Source: the human T2T-CHM13v2.0 reference genome, Homo sapiens
Length of the DNA stretch: 64,000 nt
NCBI RefSeq assembly: GCF_009914755.1
Contig: NC_060930.1
Reading direction: 5' to 3' (one strand)
Below the pieces are notes generated by a model. That model was not told the origin of the DNA, did not search any database, and saw nothing but the letters and a program-made list of their open reading frames with translations. The position numbers and the translations under genes are program-made. Positions 15,331 through 30,164 of this stretch are shown in pieces. Positions within the stretch are counted from its first letter, which is position 1. Every line of letters begins with the position of its first letter.

Positions 15331-15414
15331 ATTGGCCTGCTCTTTAAATTCTGTTTTCTAGTCTTCAGAATAGGAAGATACTCTTATCTTAGTTTTTTTG
15401 TTTTTTGTTTTGGA

Positions 15415-15650
15415 AGTAGAGTGATAGAGTGAAAAACTCATAAGTTATAGGCTTTCATGTCAGACCAGAGTTTAAGTTCTGGGGTGCGACTTATTAGTTT
15501 TGTTGACTTAAGCAAGTTACTTAATTTCTCTGAGCCTCAGTTTCCTCTTCTGTAAAATACGGCACTATAATCTACCTTGCTGGATTGTTTTGGAGTTTAA
15601 ATAAGATAATATATATAAAGTAAAAATATCTGGTAACTAGTAATATTTGA
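15415..15650 (+). mobile_element. MIR
   Basis: gcaagttacttaatttctctgagcctcagtttcctcttctgtaaaat core. Confidence 0.85.
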
Positions 15651-15914
15651 GATACTAATTTTTTAAAGTGTATGTAATGTATTTCTGCAAAGGCATTTTT
15701 GGAATCTGTTTTTGTTACTAGTAGATGACGCTTAATGAAACATTATTCAGTTAGTCTATTCAGAGTTTTCTTTTATGGGGAGGAAACTTGAAGTGATTGT
15801 TTTCCCAACAGTGGTTAATTTAGTGAGCTTATAAAGCTTTGATAAAGGGTAAGACTTTGGTTCTTGAAAGTACATTTTCCTATCCTTTAATTTTGCACAT
15901 ATAAAATAAAATTA

Positions 15915-17026
<1,112 letters not shown>

Positions 17027-17499
17027 CTAGGTTTTGTCCTGATTCAGTGGATTTTTATAGATCTGGCTTATGTCTAGGAATTGTTTTGTTAAAGTACTTT
17101 TGAGTGCTAAGTTCTATCAGGCACCTGTACAAATTAAGAAGTCTCAGATGGCTTATTTTGGGAGCAGAAGTAGTTTTTAGGAGCTTTCATGTTCTTTTTT
17201 GACATTTGGGGCCTTTTTCAACAAGTCGGTGTAAACCAGCCAAATGTAAATTATCCTTAGCTAAGGCAGAACCATGAAAATTGCGCATTTTCCCCCTCTT
17301 AACAATTCTTCCTTAGTCTGAGTCATAAAATGAGTAACAATCAAATTAATATTAGGGCAGATCTATTTTTTTGGTACATTTAAAATGATTTCACAGTCTT
17401 AGAACTGAAAGGGACTTGGAATTTTATCTAGACCAGTTGCCTCCAAATATAATCAACCTTTCTGGTTGCATTAGTATCACCTGCAAGCTTCTAAAAAAC

Positions 17500-18210
17500 T
17501 TTTTATTAAAAAAAAAAACTTGTAACTTAAAGTTTTAAGAATAATGCCATGAACTATGGTACACTCTTCTTGATACTACAGTGTTAACATTTTGCTACCT
17601 TTGCTTTTTCTCTTTCTGTGTGTGTGCGTGTGTGTGTGTGTGTGTGTGTATGCAATAATTGTTGTCACTGATGAAATATTTGATATTAAGTCATGGACAT
17701 TATGACCCTTTAATCCTAAACACTTCCATTTTGGTATTAGTTAGTTCTTTGACCTAAATCTCCTAAGAACAAGGACATTCGCTTATAAAGCCACAATACA
17801 TTTATTACATTTGGAAAATTCAATATTGATACAATACCATTATCTAATATAGAATCCATGTTCAAGTTTTACCAGTTGTCTCAAAAATGCCCTTTAGAGC
17901 AATTTTTTTATGATCGAGAATCCAGTCCAGGATCATACATATTAATAATATGGAACAGTTCCTCAGCCTTTCTTAGCCTTTCATGACATGGATGGTTTTT
18001 AAGAGCACAGGGCAGTTGTTTTGTATACTGTCTTTCAATTTAGCTTTGTTTGATATTTCCTTATGATTAGATTCTGGGTATACATTTTTGGCAGGAGCGC
18101 CATGGAAGTGGTATTATGTATGTCCTTTTTAGTGCTTTGCATCAACAAGGCACATGACGTTGGTTTGTCTCATTCTTGATGATTATGATTGATTGCTTAA
18201 GTTGGTGCCT
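17500..18210 (-). mobile_element. Old L1M fragment with (TG)n at ~17616-17650, flanked by MER5-like hAT remnants
   Basis: tcctaagaacaaggacattc...ttcaatattgatacaatac is L1ME/MD-like; gtttgagaaccac at ~18300 is a MER5 terminus. Confidence 0.55.
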
Positions 18211-18769
18211 ACAAACCTGGGGTAAACCTACTACTAGCATTTTAGCATTTTTTTTTTTTTTTAGTTCCCATGTAATTCTAAAAGCTGGTTTGAGAACCAC
18301 CAATTTAGGCCAACCTTCCACATAGAGCAGGAATCTTTCTGTCATTTGAAAGGTGACCCTCTACCCTGTATTTTAATTATTTGCTTGTTTTCCCTAATAA
18401 CAAACAGAACTCATTACTACTTGGCAGCCTGTTTTTGGATTCCATTGAGTTTTGGTTTGTTGAGTTTGATTGGCATCTATCTTCCTAAACCTTCCATTTT
18501 TTTTTGGATCAGAGTTCTGCTTTCCAGAACAATACAGAGTAAGTCTAACTCTTCTTCCACATGATGGACTTGCTTTCATGCTTCTCCTGTGTCCTTTCAA
18601 TCTCAGACCTAGTTTTTCCTTTCTTTCCATTATGGTATGTTTTTCTAGGGCCTGTACTTTCATTGCTGCAGATAGCTATAGGCCAGGTGTCCCTAACTTC
18701 AGTATCTGCCAACAAGGGGTAAGTGTGCAGTTGGGCTGTAATCTGAGCACTAGGAGGTGATAGTCCTGA

Positions 18770-19104
<335 letters not shown>

Positions 19105-19368
19105 AGAAGTGGGTCTTAAGATGAGTAGGAATGGAGAATTTGTGCAAAAGCATTGGGGGAAATTTGGGCTATTTCCTCTCACTCCATTTTCTCAGTCCAG
19201 ATTAGTAGTAATAGGATTTTGGAAACTCTGGAGGTATTGTGAACACCTGTAGTGAGATTTGGAAGGTGTGACAGGGAAACATTCCAGATGATCAGGAGTC
19301 TGTGCTGCTCCTTAGAATCCTTTCTTTTCTTGTGAGTGTATTAACCAGCACTTAATAATAGTTTCCTA

Positions 19369-19680
<312 letters not shown>

Positions 19681-19698
19681 CTAGACCTTACCCTCTGA

Positions 19699-20042
<344 letters not shown>

Positions 20043-22537
20043 CCTACTAGTTATTTTTAAGCTCCCATGTAATTCCAAAATGAAGCCAGTTTGAGAATCA
20101 CTGATAGTTCTTGCCCTGATAGTTGTCAGGCTCAAAAAGCCTACAGTAATAAGAGCTTATCGTGATGGCTTGTGTCAGTGATGGATGTGGTCACCACAGA
20201 TATAATAAACTTGGGTATTACAGTTACCAGACCATGTCTGGCATGACTGAAACCTAAGTAAGATGCTCCCTATACTGTGTCTATGAGTGTAACTTTCTGC
20301 AGAGATGTGGTTAGACCATTTTTAACATGAGGCAGGAAATTTGCCAGTAGTGATTATGACCTTGCCTTTAGCAGGGCAGCTTTGTGAGAGCTGCTTTCAT
20401 TCTGGCGAAGAAGAAATAGAGAAAAGTTTTTTTGTTTTTTTGGTTTTTTTTTTTCTTTGCTGGATGGTTTAGACTTTTACAGTTCTTTAGCCCTAATGGC
20501 ATACTTTTTATAAAATCAAGGACAATTTATTCTGGTTGTTGGGAGACAACTTGGATATAAAAGAGACAGTAGTATTTGCTTCAGAGTAAATAGTTTTTCT
20601 GGATTGGAATTTTAATAAGAATAAGCTGACTTTCTTGGCTCTTTCTATCACACTCATCTTGAGATGTACAACCTGGAGAATCCTTTTAAACTTCTTTGGG
20701 TTACTACTCTGCCCCAGAATTACTCCACAGAAAGATCCTGTGAGTTTTTGTTAATGTAGGTGTTGGTTCATCAGGAGAAAGTGATAATCAACCAGAGAAA
20801 TGTTGGGTTAAAAAAGAGAGAAATTGAAGGGACAGCTCTAAGTTTGCTTAGGAAACTCATGGCATAGCTTAATAGGGCCTTCCAAATGGGTATCCTAAAA
20901 GGTTTGTTTGGCACAGGGAGGACCTCAAAGACTTGCTTTCTGCCCAGCATTTCCCCTTCCTCCAGACTTTCAGGTTACATGGAATTTGCCCCTCAGGGCC
21001 CAGTCATATCATAGGAGGCCATGGCTGGCAGGCCGGCTGTATCCTCTGGCCAGCGAAGGCTGTTGGCACTTTCCTGACAGCTGCTCTCCTTGAGTTGTGT
21101 TTGAGCTCAGTGCAGCTTCCTCTGCATCCTCTGTTTATTTGTGTGCATTTATCTTTGCATGTGTCCTGCTACTACTTTTTCTGTCCTTATTTCATTTAAA
21201 AATTTTTCTTTGCCATCGTTCTCACCTTTTGGGGAGTTGTTCCCAGCAGCTGTGGATCTTTCTGGTATACTTGGTATAGTTGGAAAAAATGATGCAGTCA
21301 AATGCCAGATCAAAAGCAGATGGAATTGCATATGCATGTTTGGGTAATTCCTAATCCATTACTTTTAGTGTTATTAATATAATTAAAGCAATTGCAGAAA
21401 CATTTAATTTTGACCTTTTGACCACTGAAAGGTGCACAATATTGACTTAACTGACAAACCCCCTCTTAAGCTTTCTTTCCCAAAAGTAGCAGAAGCCTCC
21501 TGGATAAATTTAGGAATCTCAAAATCTTGTGGGAGAATTATTTTCATCAGTGCTTCTCAAAAAGGAGAGGTCATGGGACTTACTTTATTTCTGCTCTAAT
21601 TAGACATTGTCAGTAGTAAAAGAGCATAATTGGAATGACTAACATTTTGCCTCTGGTGGTTGATAAAGCACACAATTCTCCCATTTTATCCCAAATTCTG
21701 TCTTTAGTTTGAAACAAAATTGGCATTAGAGGACTGTGGGTTGTGAGCTTGAATTGATAGCAATATTACATTTGAATATTTTGCACCTCTCACACAAAAC
21801 ATGCCAGCGTTTGCCTCTTTCTTACATAAGAAACATCTTCCCGTGCTGGCTGCCATTTTAATGAAGTAGATACTGCATGCGTTGCTTGGTGCAGGCTCCT
21901 GGGGTAGGCACAGTGCAGTGTCAGGGTCCCTTATTTCTCTGTGACTGAGCCCGAGTGCCCCCTTTACCTGGAAATGGCTTTTGGCTGATACCTTGAGCGA
22001 TTTTTAGTCTGCTCTGTTACTTTTCACTGTTGGCTGATTGATTTGCATGCAAGAAGCTGTGCAGATGAAAAACTTTTATTAAAAAGCTTATGTGTAAGGC
22101 AATGGATGGTTGACAAATCCAGAATCAGAACCATAGGGTTGAATGCCTACAAATTGTAAAACCATTTGAAGTTTAAACTGAAATAATAGCAGTGATATTA
22201 TTGGTATTCATCTTGCCAGGGCTTCCACCAAATGCCTGCCACATTTTCTTGTTCACTCTCCTTACAACCTGGAGACCCTTCCTTCATGGCACACAGGGCA
22301 TTGCCAGTGTTTAAGAGATGACTTCTCCCCTCTCACAGTCACTGGGGGAAGGTGTCGCTGATTAGACCAGTCAGGCTTGTTTGTGGGGGAGTATGTCTGG
22401 ATTCCGACTTTTATTAGCCCCCAAGTGTTGCTGCTATTTTTCTCATTTAAACTTCAGTGGTTTTACGAGTGGTTGTCCCAGTCAGGTGCCTGTCTGCCAG
22501 TGACCTTTCTGATGTGATCTGCTTGTTAACCCTTTAG

Positions 22538-22834
22538 AACAATGACAACGAGACAGCCCTGCATTGTGCAGCGCAGTATGGCCACACAGAGGTGGTGAAG
22601 GTGCTCTTAGAGGAGCTGACGGACCCCACCATGCGCAACAACAAATTCGAGACCCCTTTGGACCTGGCAGCACTGTACGGGCGACTGGAGGTGGTGAAAA
22701 TGCTCCTTAATGCACACCCCAACCTCCTGAGCTGCAACACTAAGAAGCACACCCCTCTGCACTTGGCAGCAAGGAATGGCCACAAAGCCGTGGTCCAGGT
22801 CCTCCTCGATGCTGGCATGGACAGCAACTACCAG
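22538..22834 (+). CDS. ANKS1A: ANKS1A coding exon 4 (297 nt, phase 0-0): [16 protein letters not shown]...DAGMDSNYQ, three ankyrin repeats
   Basis: Acceptor ccctttAG; donor CAG|GTAGCA; TALH, TPLD and TPLH motifs at 33-aa spacing. Confidence 0.97.
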
Positions 22835-23347
22835 GTAGCAGGGCGGGTGGGGGCTCCTCCAATCTCAAGAGACTCAGTCATTTTGCAGAAGGCACAAGGA
22901 CCATGCTGCTGGGCTGTGCTCTTTATTTAGCACGTTTCACATCATGTTTCAAATGCTTATTTGCCGACTCATTCTAATGTGACACTAAGAAACAAATGAA
23001 CTCCTCAAGCAAGTCTATTATTTTTTTGTTTCTTTTCAGGGGGTAATCCGTAGTCATTAAACCCTGAAAAGATGTGCTTATGGACTGGCTCTCAAAACCA
23101 GAAAAGTTTCATTATCTTCCTATCCATGTGTTCCCACTGCCACCATTTAGCGCCTCCACAGTCTCATCAGCTTGACGTTGCCAGCAAGAAATGTCACATT
23201 TCCTTTCTTTGTTAGCCTTTCCCATTCAGATGAATAATTCCTTAGGTGTTGTGTTGACCAAACCACATTTGAAGTGAGGGTGTTTCTGTTGTACTTTTCT
23301 TCTTATTACTCCTTCCACCCAGGAAGGTGGAGTTCTGAGGCATTGCA

Positions 23348-23362
23348 CCAGTAGATGGCTCT
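23348..23362 (+). promoter_or_regulatory. Candidate CTCF core motif
   Basis: CCAGTAGATGGCTCT matches CCASYAGRKGGC; motif match only. Confidence 0.4.
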
Positions 23363-23599
23363 AAGAGTAACTGTTCAGTTATTCACACGTGGCCTGCTGG
23401 TGGCACAGAATGGCCTTGGTGTATGGGCCATGATCGTGGTTTTGGAATCCACACAAGAAAAGCTGGAAAGATAATGACAGAGGGCTTTGTGTAGTTTGTT
23501 TTATTTTGTGTCCCTTCTTGTCTGTGTCCCCTTTGTCACGTGAAGCCGCACCAAACTGTTCTGATGACATCCCGCTCTGCGCTCTCGTTTGCTTTCCAG

Positions 23600-23675
23600 A
23601 CGGAGATGGGCAGTGCTTTGCATGAGGCTGCTTTGTTTGGCAAGACCGATGTGGTGCAAATCCTGCTGGCTGCAG
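23600..23675 (+). CDS. ANKS1A: ANKS1A coding exon 5 (76 nt): [25 protein letters not shown]
   Basis: Acceptor gctttccAG; donor CAG|GTGAGA; ankyrin repeat. Confidence 0.96.
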
Positions 23676-23960
23676 GTGAGAGGTCGGCAGCGCTCTTGTC
23701 TACACAGCGTGCCAGGGTTGGGATTGTTTCTCCCTAGTCCCCTAGGGGGATTTTTGCTGGCTGTGTTTGAACTCAATGTATGTGTATCTCCACTGGTTGA
23801 TTACAAGTGTGTAAACTGTTCTTGAATAGCTGGATTAAATGGCTCTGGATGAAAAATGTTGGCCATGCTGCTGACAGCCTTAAATGTCCTAAAATTTGAC
23901 CCTTTTGGAGGCTGGCTTGAAAATGCTCACTCCCCTGGTCCACCTGGTGTGCCTTTCTAG

Positions 23961-24062
23961 GAACTGACGTCAACATAAAAGATAACCATGGACTGACTGC
24001 CCTAGACACTGTTCGGGAACTGCCTTCTCAAAAGAGCCAGCAAATAGCAGCATTAATTGAAG
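23961..24062 (+). CDS. ANKS1A: ANKS1A coding exon 6 (102 nt): [34 protein letters not shown]
   Basis: Acceptor gcctttctAG; donor AAG|GTATCA; phase 1-1. Confidence 0.95.
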
Positions 24063-24171
24063 GTATCATCCTTTCTCCCTGTCTGGGTGACCAGGGGACA
24101 CACGAATTGAACCAAGGCATTTGTATTTGGTGCAGCACTTTTTATTTTTATTTTTTGATCTTTCCATGTAG

Positions 24172-24273
24172 ATCACATGACTGGAAAAAGAAGTACAAAA
24201 GAAGTAGATAAAACCCCCCCACCCCAGCCACCTCTCATCTCCAGTATGGACTCCATATCACAGAAGTCTCAGG
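24172..24273 (+). CDS. ANKS1A: ANKS1A coding exon 7 (102 nt): [34 protein letters not shown]
   Basis: Acceptor tttccatgtAG after a 109-nt intron; donor AGG|GTAAGG; phase 1-1. Confidence 0.95.
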
Positions 24274-24637
24274 GTAAGGTAACTCTCCCCTATGAGTAAA
24301 GGGGTGCTCAGCTTGAAAAGAGTTGAAAATTCGTGGGCAGAATGGAAAAATCTTAATTTAAATAATAATTTTGGGGGATTGTGAGTACTTAGTTTATATT
24401 CAGTTCATTTTTTGCCAACTACTATGTGAAGTTTTATTGGACATAGTTTATGCTTTTGACTGTGGGCCTCTTTCCTACTTTATTTTAGCCTCCACTTTTC
24501 CAGTTGGCTCTGTGAGATCTATTCTGAGATGTGTAGTAGAGAGGATCATCTCAAGATGAATTCAAATCTCAGTGAAACCTTCTTTTTCTAACACATAATC
24601 ACAATCTAGTGCCTTGTACACAGTTGACGAGTAATAA

Positions 24638-24941
<304 letters not shown>

Positions 24942-25929
24942 AATATTTAATGAGTATCATCTGATTGGTAGGGGGGTACATGGCAAATTTTGATAATATA
25001 TCATATGAGCAACAAATGTGGTCTGGATGGGAGCTTAGGGAGTCTAGCCTAACAGTAGTCAGGATCCACCTTTTCAGATGCATTTAGCAGCCTTTTGGGT
25101 CCTTGATATGATGAATACAAAGATAGAATAAAGATTGACACCTTTCCCCAAATATAGATTACAATAAAGAAGGCTAGAAAAACAGAACAAAGCTAAAAAT
25201 GAAAAAGGGAAAGGGATTTCCCAGAGGAGTGCAGGGAGATACGGGCTGAAGGGTGCCCAGCTCTCTGAACTGTGGAGTCCTTGTCTTCCTCCCACATGCA
25301 CTTTTTTTCTTGACCACATAATCTGCTAGTAATGGGATTAGTAGTTCACTAACCTCTTCAAGGATTTTACATTTATGGTTTTGATTATTTACAGGTGACC
25401 CAGAGTTGCCTGGGCTCTAATAGTTGGTAACTTTGCAGAGTCACACATTTGGATTGCAGGTGCTCCGAGGCTGATAGTTATCTAACAGGCCAAGCTAACA
25501 GCTGCATGGGCCTCCAGCTCAGAAAGCCTTTGCCGTCCTCTATTTTGCTTGAGCACATGGAGACTCTTATTAAAGAATGTAAAGGGTAACTTAAGTTTTT
25601 CAGTTACACCTTGCTATATCTTATGGGTTAAGTTTATGTCATTATGGTATTGAGGTATTTTGGGACTTTATAAAGGCCTTGGGAGGTATCTCTTATAGAT
25701 GTCAATGGTTTTTCATATTGAATTAAAGAAAAATCTGTTTAGATCTCAGGGTATAAAGAACAGCTGAAACTATACGTATTCTTGTCCATGGAACAAAGTA
25801 ATCATTTTCTTGCTCTGGGTTAGTGTTTGTGAGCGCGGGTGACTAAAGAGGCTTTGGGTTGCTGCAGTGGTTGGAACCTGAGATTCTGCTCCCCTTCAGT
25901 GACTCTCTTGCCCTCCATCCTCCTCTCAG

Positions 25930-26126
25930 GTGACGTGGAGAAAGCAGTGACTGAACTGATTATAGATTTTGATGCAAATGCTGAAGAAGAGGGTCCCTAC
26001 GAAGCTCTGTATAATGCCATCTCCTGCCATTCGTTGGACAGCATGGCCAGCGGGCGATCATCTGACCAAGACTCCACGAACAAGGAGGCTGAGGCAGCAG
26101 GAGTGAAACCTGCTGGAGTGAGGCCT
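25930..26126 (+). CDS. ANKS1A: ANKS1A coding exon 8 (197 nt): [30 protein letters not shown]...GVKPAGVRP
   Basis: Acceptor tcctctcAG; donor CCT|GTATGT; phase 1-0; acidic Tyr motif EEEGPYEAL. Confidence 0.95.
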
Positions 26127-26762
26127 GTATGTGACCCGGGGCTTACACCTCCTGGGGGCTGTGTTGGCTGGCTGGCCCCTGAGGTGATGGGGCACGGGGA
26201 AGGGAAGTGTGATCCCTGGTGCCAGCTCATGTTTCCGGGGCCTGGAGCCCACTTATTCTCTTCTTCATGGGGCTCTGCTGGGTCTCTCTTGCTGAGTGTA
26301 CTGAAACTCTACAGATCACACTGAGGTTAGAGTTTCATTTTTTCTAGTTTCAGTATAAGCAGCTTGCATCTTTACGTGACTTCATTGGCCTTAGAGCAAA
26401 TTAAACATCTTATTTCTATTTAGCCTTAGTGTTGCTTCTGTCTTTGGAATTTTTGCTGTATATTGTCTGTTTTCTCTCTGAAAAGCAGAAGCATACAGTG
26501 AAAGCTCACTGAAATGAGTTCCTATCTGTCCTGAGTGTATGCTTACTATCCACTTGCCCTGAAAGGATTCTCCATTTGGATTTGGGCAGGTTCTGGATTC
26601 AACAGGGTTGTAGCAGGGCTTAACATTGTATTTATTAGTATGTGGCATTCCTATTTTATCTAATTATAATGCCTCCAGCCATTGAGATAAGAGGATGAGA
26701 ACAACTCTGAATTTTTCCTTCTCAAGGTCCATTTTCTCATCTTTCTGTTTCTTTCTCTAGTA

Positions 26763-27118
26763 CAGATGCTCCTTGACTTACAGTGGGATTATATCCCGAT
26801 AAAGCCATCGTAAGTTGAAAATCTCATAAGTCAAAAATGCAGGCAATACACCTAACCTACCAAACACCATAGCTTAGCCTAGCCTAGGTTAAATGTGCTC
26901 AGAATATTGCATGAGCCTACAATTGGGCAAAATCATCTAACATAAAGGCTGTTTTATAATAAAGTGTTGAATAGCTTATGTAATTTATTGAATACTGCAC
27001 TGAAAGTGAAAAACAGAATGGTTTTGTGAGTACTGGAAGGACAGTTTCTACTGAATGCTTATTGCTTTCCCACGATGATAAGGTTGAAACATTGTACCAT
27101 CGCAGGTCAGACAGTCTG
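26763..27118. mobile_element. TcMar-Tigger element (MER47A-like)
   Basis: TA-CAGATGCTCCTTGACTTAC...CAGTCTG-TA; about 356 bp; TA TSD. Confidence 0.8.
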
Positions 27119-27783
27119 TACCTGCTTTTACTTCTAGCCTTGTACATTGTTCTCAAGATAACTTACCCCTGGCTTCTCCCCTAGGGTTATGTTGGGAGTG
27201 TAGGCCTGAATCACTGGTCCCACTGACCCTCCTTCCTCCACTGCCACGCACAACAATTTGAGGTTTTGAGCAGTGCCCATTAGCTAAACTGACCATTGCT
27301 CTAATGAGATCCTAGTGCTAACCCCATCTGGAGACAAATTTTCAGGCCTGTGTTATTTCTTCCTGTTGGAGGGGCTGGCCTTTCCCTTTTGGTCTGAATC
27401 TGGCTTGTGACCATTTTGATGATCCTTTGGCTGCAGATAACTCTTGTTTCTTGCAGGTGTGCCCTGGGAATGACCTTATGATTCTTAGAGTGTTCTTTTT
27501 CATTAGGCTCTTTGCTGTGCCCTGCTATGCCCTGAAACACCATTTTAGTATGGATCTTGGAAAGGCCCGCAGTCTAGTGGTAGTCCACCAAAGTGGGTGT
27601 TATCAAGGACTGTGACAAAACTCCTTGTGAGCGGTGAAAGCAAGTGCATGTGCTGAGCACCACCAGTATAGCACTTCTATAGACAGCTAGTTATTTCACT
27701 TATTTTGCTTTTAGGCACAACGGAATTAAGCAAATCCAGGTTTGGAGGAAGGTGGTGTTTTAATTGGTACTTATAGGTGATGC

Positions 27784-27798
27784 CCATTAGGGGGCGCT
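27784..27798 (+). promoter_or_regulatory. Candidate CTCF core motif
   Basis: CCATTAGGGGGCGCT, one mismatch to consensus; motif match only. Confidence 0.4.
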
Positions 27799-28966
27799 GC
27801 AGTCTTTGCAAGAAGCTGCTCAGGGTTACTGAAGAAAGCTGAGAATGATTTCCTGTGATTGATTTACACAAGTCTCTTTGTTCCCTCCTGCTCTCCTTTT
27901 TGCCTCCTTCTCTCCCTCCTGTGGTCCTAAGCAGAAACGGGTGGATGCTTTGCCATTTTTACTTGTGTATGTTGTGGCTGTGCTGTCTTCCTGGCCCTTG
28001 GTAATTAACTATGGCAAAGGGCCTGTTTACCTCTTGGTAAACACAATGGATGGTATGTGTAAATCACTGTGGTACTTCTAAGCCCTGCTCCAAAGTTTTC
28101 ACCTTAGAGAAAAAGACACAGGTATTTCTCTTTCCTTCCAGTGTCCCTGGTGATTGTTTCTTACACAAAAAGCTTCCATATTGTTCTTTCTAGGCTTTTT
28201 TGGCCTTAGGAAGGCTTCTACGATGAGTTCTTTTTGTTGTTGTGTTTCCTTTTTGTTTTTTTTTCCCTCAGTTACTTGATGTCCCAAGGTTGGTTAACTG
28301 GTGATGGATACAGGCCTGCTCCTTTTGCTGTTCCCTTCCTTACAAGGTGGCACTGGAACCAGGTTCCTGCACTTCTGGAGCAAAGAAGGGTGGGGAAAGT
28401 GGGACTTAGTGGGACATCTGATATAAATAGCTTTGTTTGGCTTGAACATACAGGCTTGTTTTGAAGTTGTTGCCATTGGGCATCCATCTGGTTCCAGGGT
28501 CTATGGGAATGACCGACTTATCAAGATAGAATACTGAGCAGTGAAGCCTGTTTTAAGAGAGAGATTATGGATGCCAAAATGCTAATGCGAGTAGCTCCTA
28601 AAACATGAGAAACATCTTTCCATGCAGATTTTGCTTGAGCTCTCGCGTAACTCAGCGTTCTGTTCTTTGACTTTCTGAAATACTCCTGTTTTAACAACAC
28701 AGTGAACAAACCTGCAAGCCAGGGAATGAACCTGCAGGACAGCTCTTGTTTTGGGTCCCCCACTGCCTTTAGTAGGAACACTGATTCTCAAGCATGACCA
28801 GGGCTTTGGAATATAAACAGTGCTAAAGGCCCTGCAGGTACAATGGCAAATATCTCTTCAGCTTTCAGTTTTCCTTCATCAGGATCATCCTGTGTCTTCC
28901 TGAAATTGTTTACCCATGATCTAACTTATCCTGTGTCACCTTTTCAGTGACTTTCTTATTCTAGAG

Positions 28967-29130
28967 CAGGGGTTGGCAAACGACAGTCCACAAGCGTCTG
29001 TTTTTGTAAATAAAGTTTTATTGGAGCATAGCCACACTCATTTATTTACATATCATCTGTGGCTACTTTTGCATTATAATGGCAGAATTGACTGCAAAGC
29101 CTAAAATATTCACTATATGGCCCTTAAAAA
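28967..29130. mobile_element. hAT-Charlie MER58A-like
   Basis: caggggttggcaaac...tttttgtaaataaagttttattggagcatagccac...gcaaagcctaaaatatt. Confidence 0.8.
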
Positions 29131-29162
29131 GCTTCTTTTCCTTTTAAAAATGGGTTTAGATG

Positions 29163-29496
<334 letters not shown>

Positions 29497-30071
29497 TTAT
29501 TATTGAAGGAGGCAACCAAGGATAAGAGAACAGGTTGAGCTTTTTGCTAATAAATGGGAGTAGACCAGTATCAGAGCGTTAACATTTCAACAGGAATTAA
29601 CATTTTTGTCCTTGATTACTTTCCTCATTACTTCCTCAGTAACTTTGATTTGTTAGAACAAATTTCACAGGTTGATTTCTTTTGATCCAGTGTTTCTTCT
29701 TTCTAGAGTAGACTGAAAAGTGAACCACTGATTTTCCTAAGGTAAAGTTTTATGTATCAGTATTATGAAGGAAATTTTCTAACAAGGCAGTTATGTGTTC
29801 TCAGTACTGGCATTTCTCACTGTGGTCTAGGATATGAAAGAGGTGTTTATGATCTCTGCTACAGACATCAAAAACCGTAGAGCATGCTAATTGAATTGTG
29901 TATGTATGCACAGAGTTCTCCATCTGTTCAGAGACGAAACCTTGACTTTAGTCTCTCAGGGGAGTTCCATACATTATTTTTTTCATTTCTAAGGGCTAAG
30001 ATGAGGGCAAACCAAAAAATTAGATACTTAAAAAAGAGATCGCAAAATATTTATTTTTTTCTCTTCTGCAG

Positions 30072-30164
30072 AGGGAACGTCCACCACCTCCAGCAAAGCC
30101 ACCGCCCGATGAAGAGGAAGAAGACCACATAGATAAGAAGTATTTTCCCTTGACAGCTTCTGAG
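30072..30164 (+). CDS. ANKS1A: ANKS1A coding exon 9 (93 nt, phase 0-0): [31 protein letters not shown]
   Basis: Acceptor ttttctcttctgcAG; donor GAG|GTAGAG; PxxPxK SH3-ligand-like motif. Confidence 0.95.

Noticed and set aside
14658-15347. Six long ORFs (Pro/Phe/Ser-rich and Gly/Lys/Arg/Glu-rich) on both strands
   Set aside because: They are artefacts of a stop-free C/T repeat, with no splice or codon evidence.
22519-22537. GTTAAC close to the exon 4 acceptor with a short pyrimidine tract, U12-branch-like
   Set aside because: The upstream donors (GTCGGA, GTGTGT) are not U12 type, and the motif lacks the TCCTT core.
24063-24075. Donor GTATCATCCTTT resembling the U12 5' splice site GTATCCTTT
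   Set aside because: Mismatch at +6/+7, no TCCTTAAC branch near 24171, and a normal U-rich tract is present; this is a U2 intron.
25839-26324. 161-aa ORF as a stand-alone gene
   Set aside because: It is ANKS1A exon 8 plus read-through into the flanking introns.
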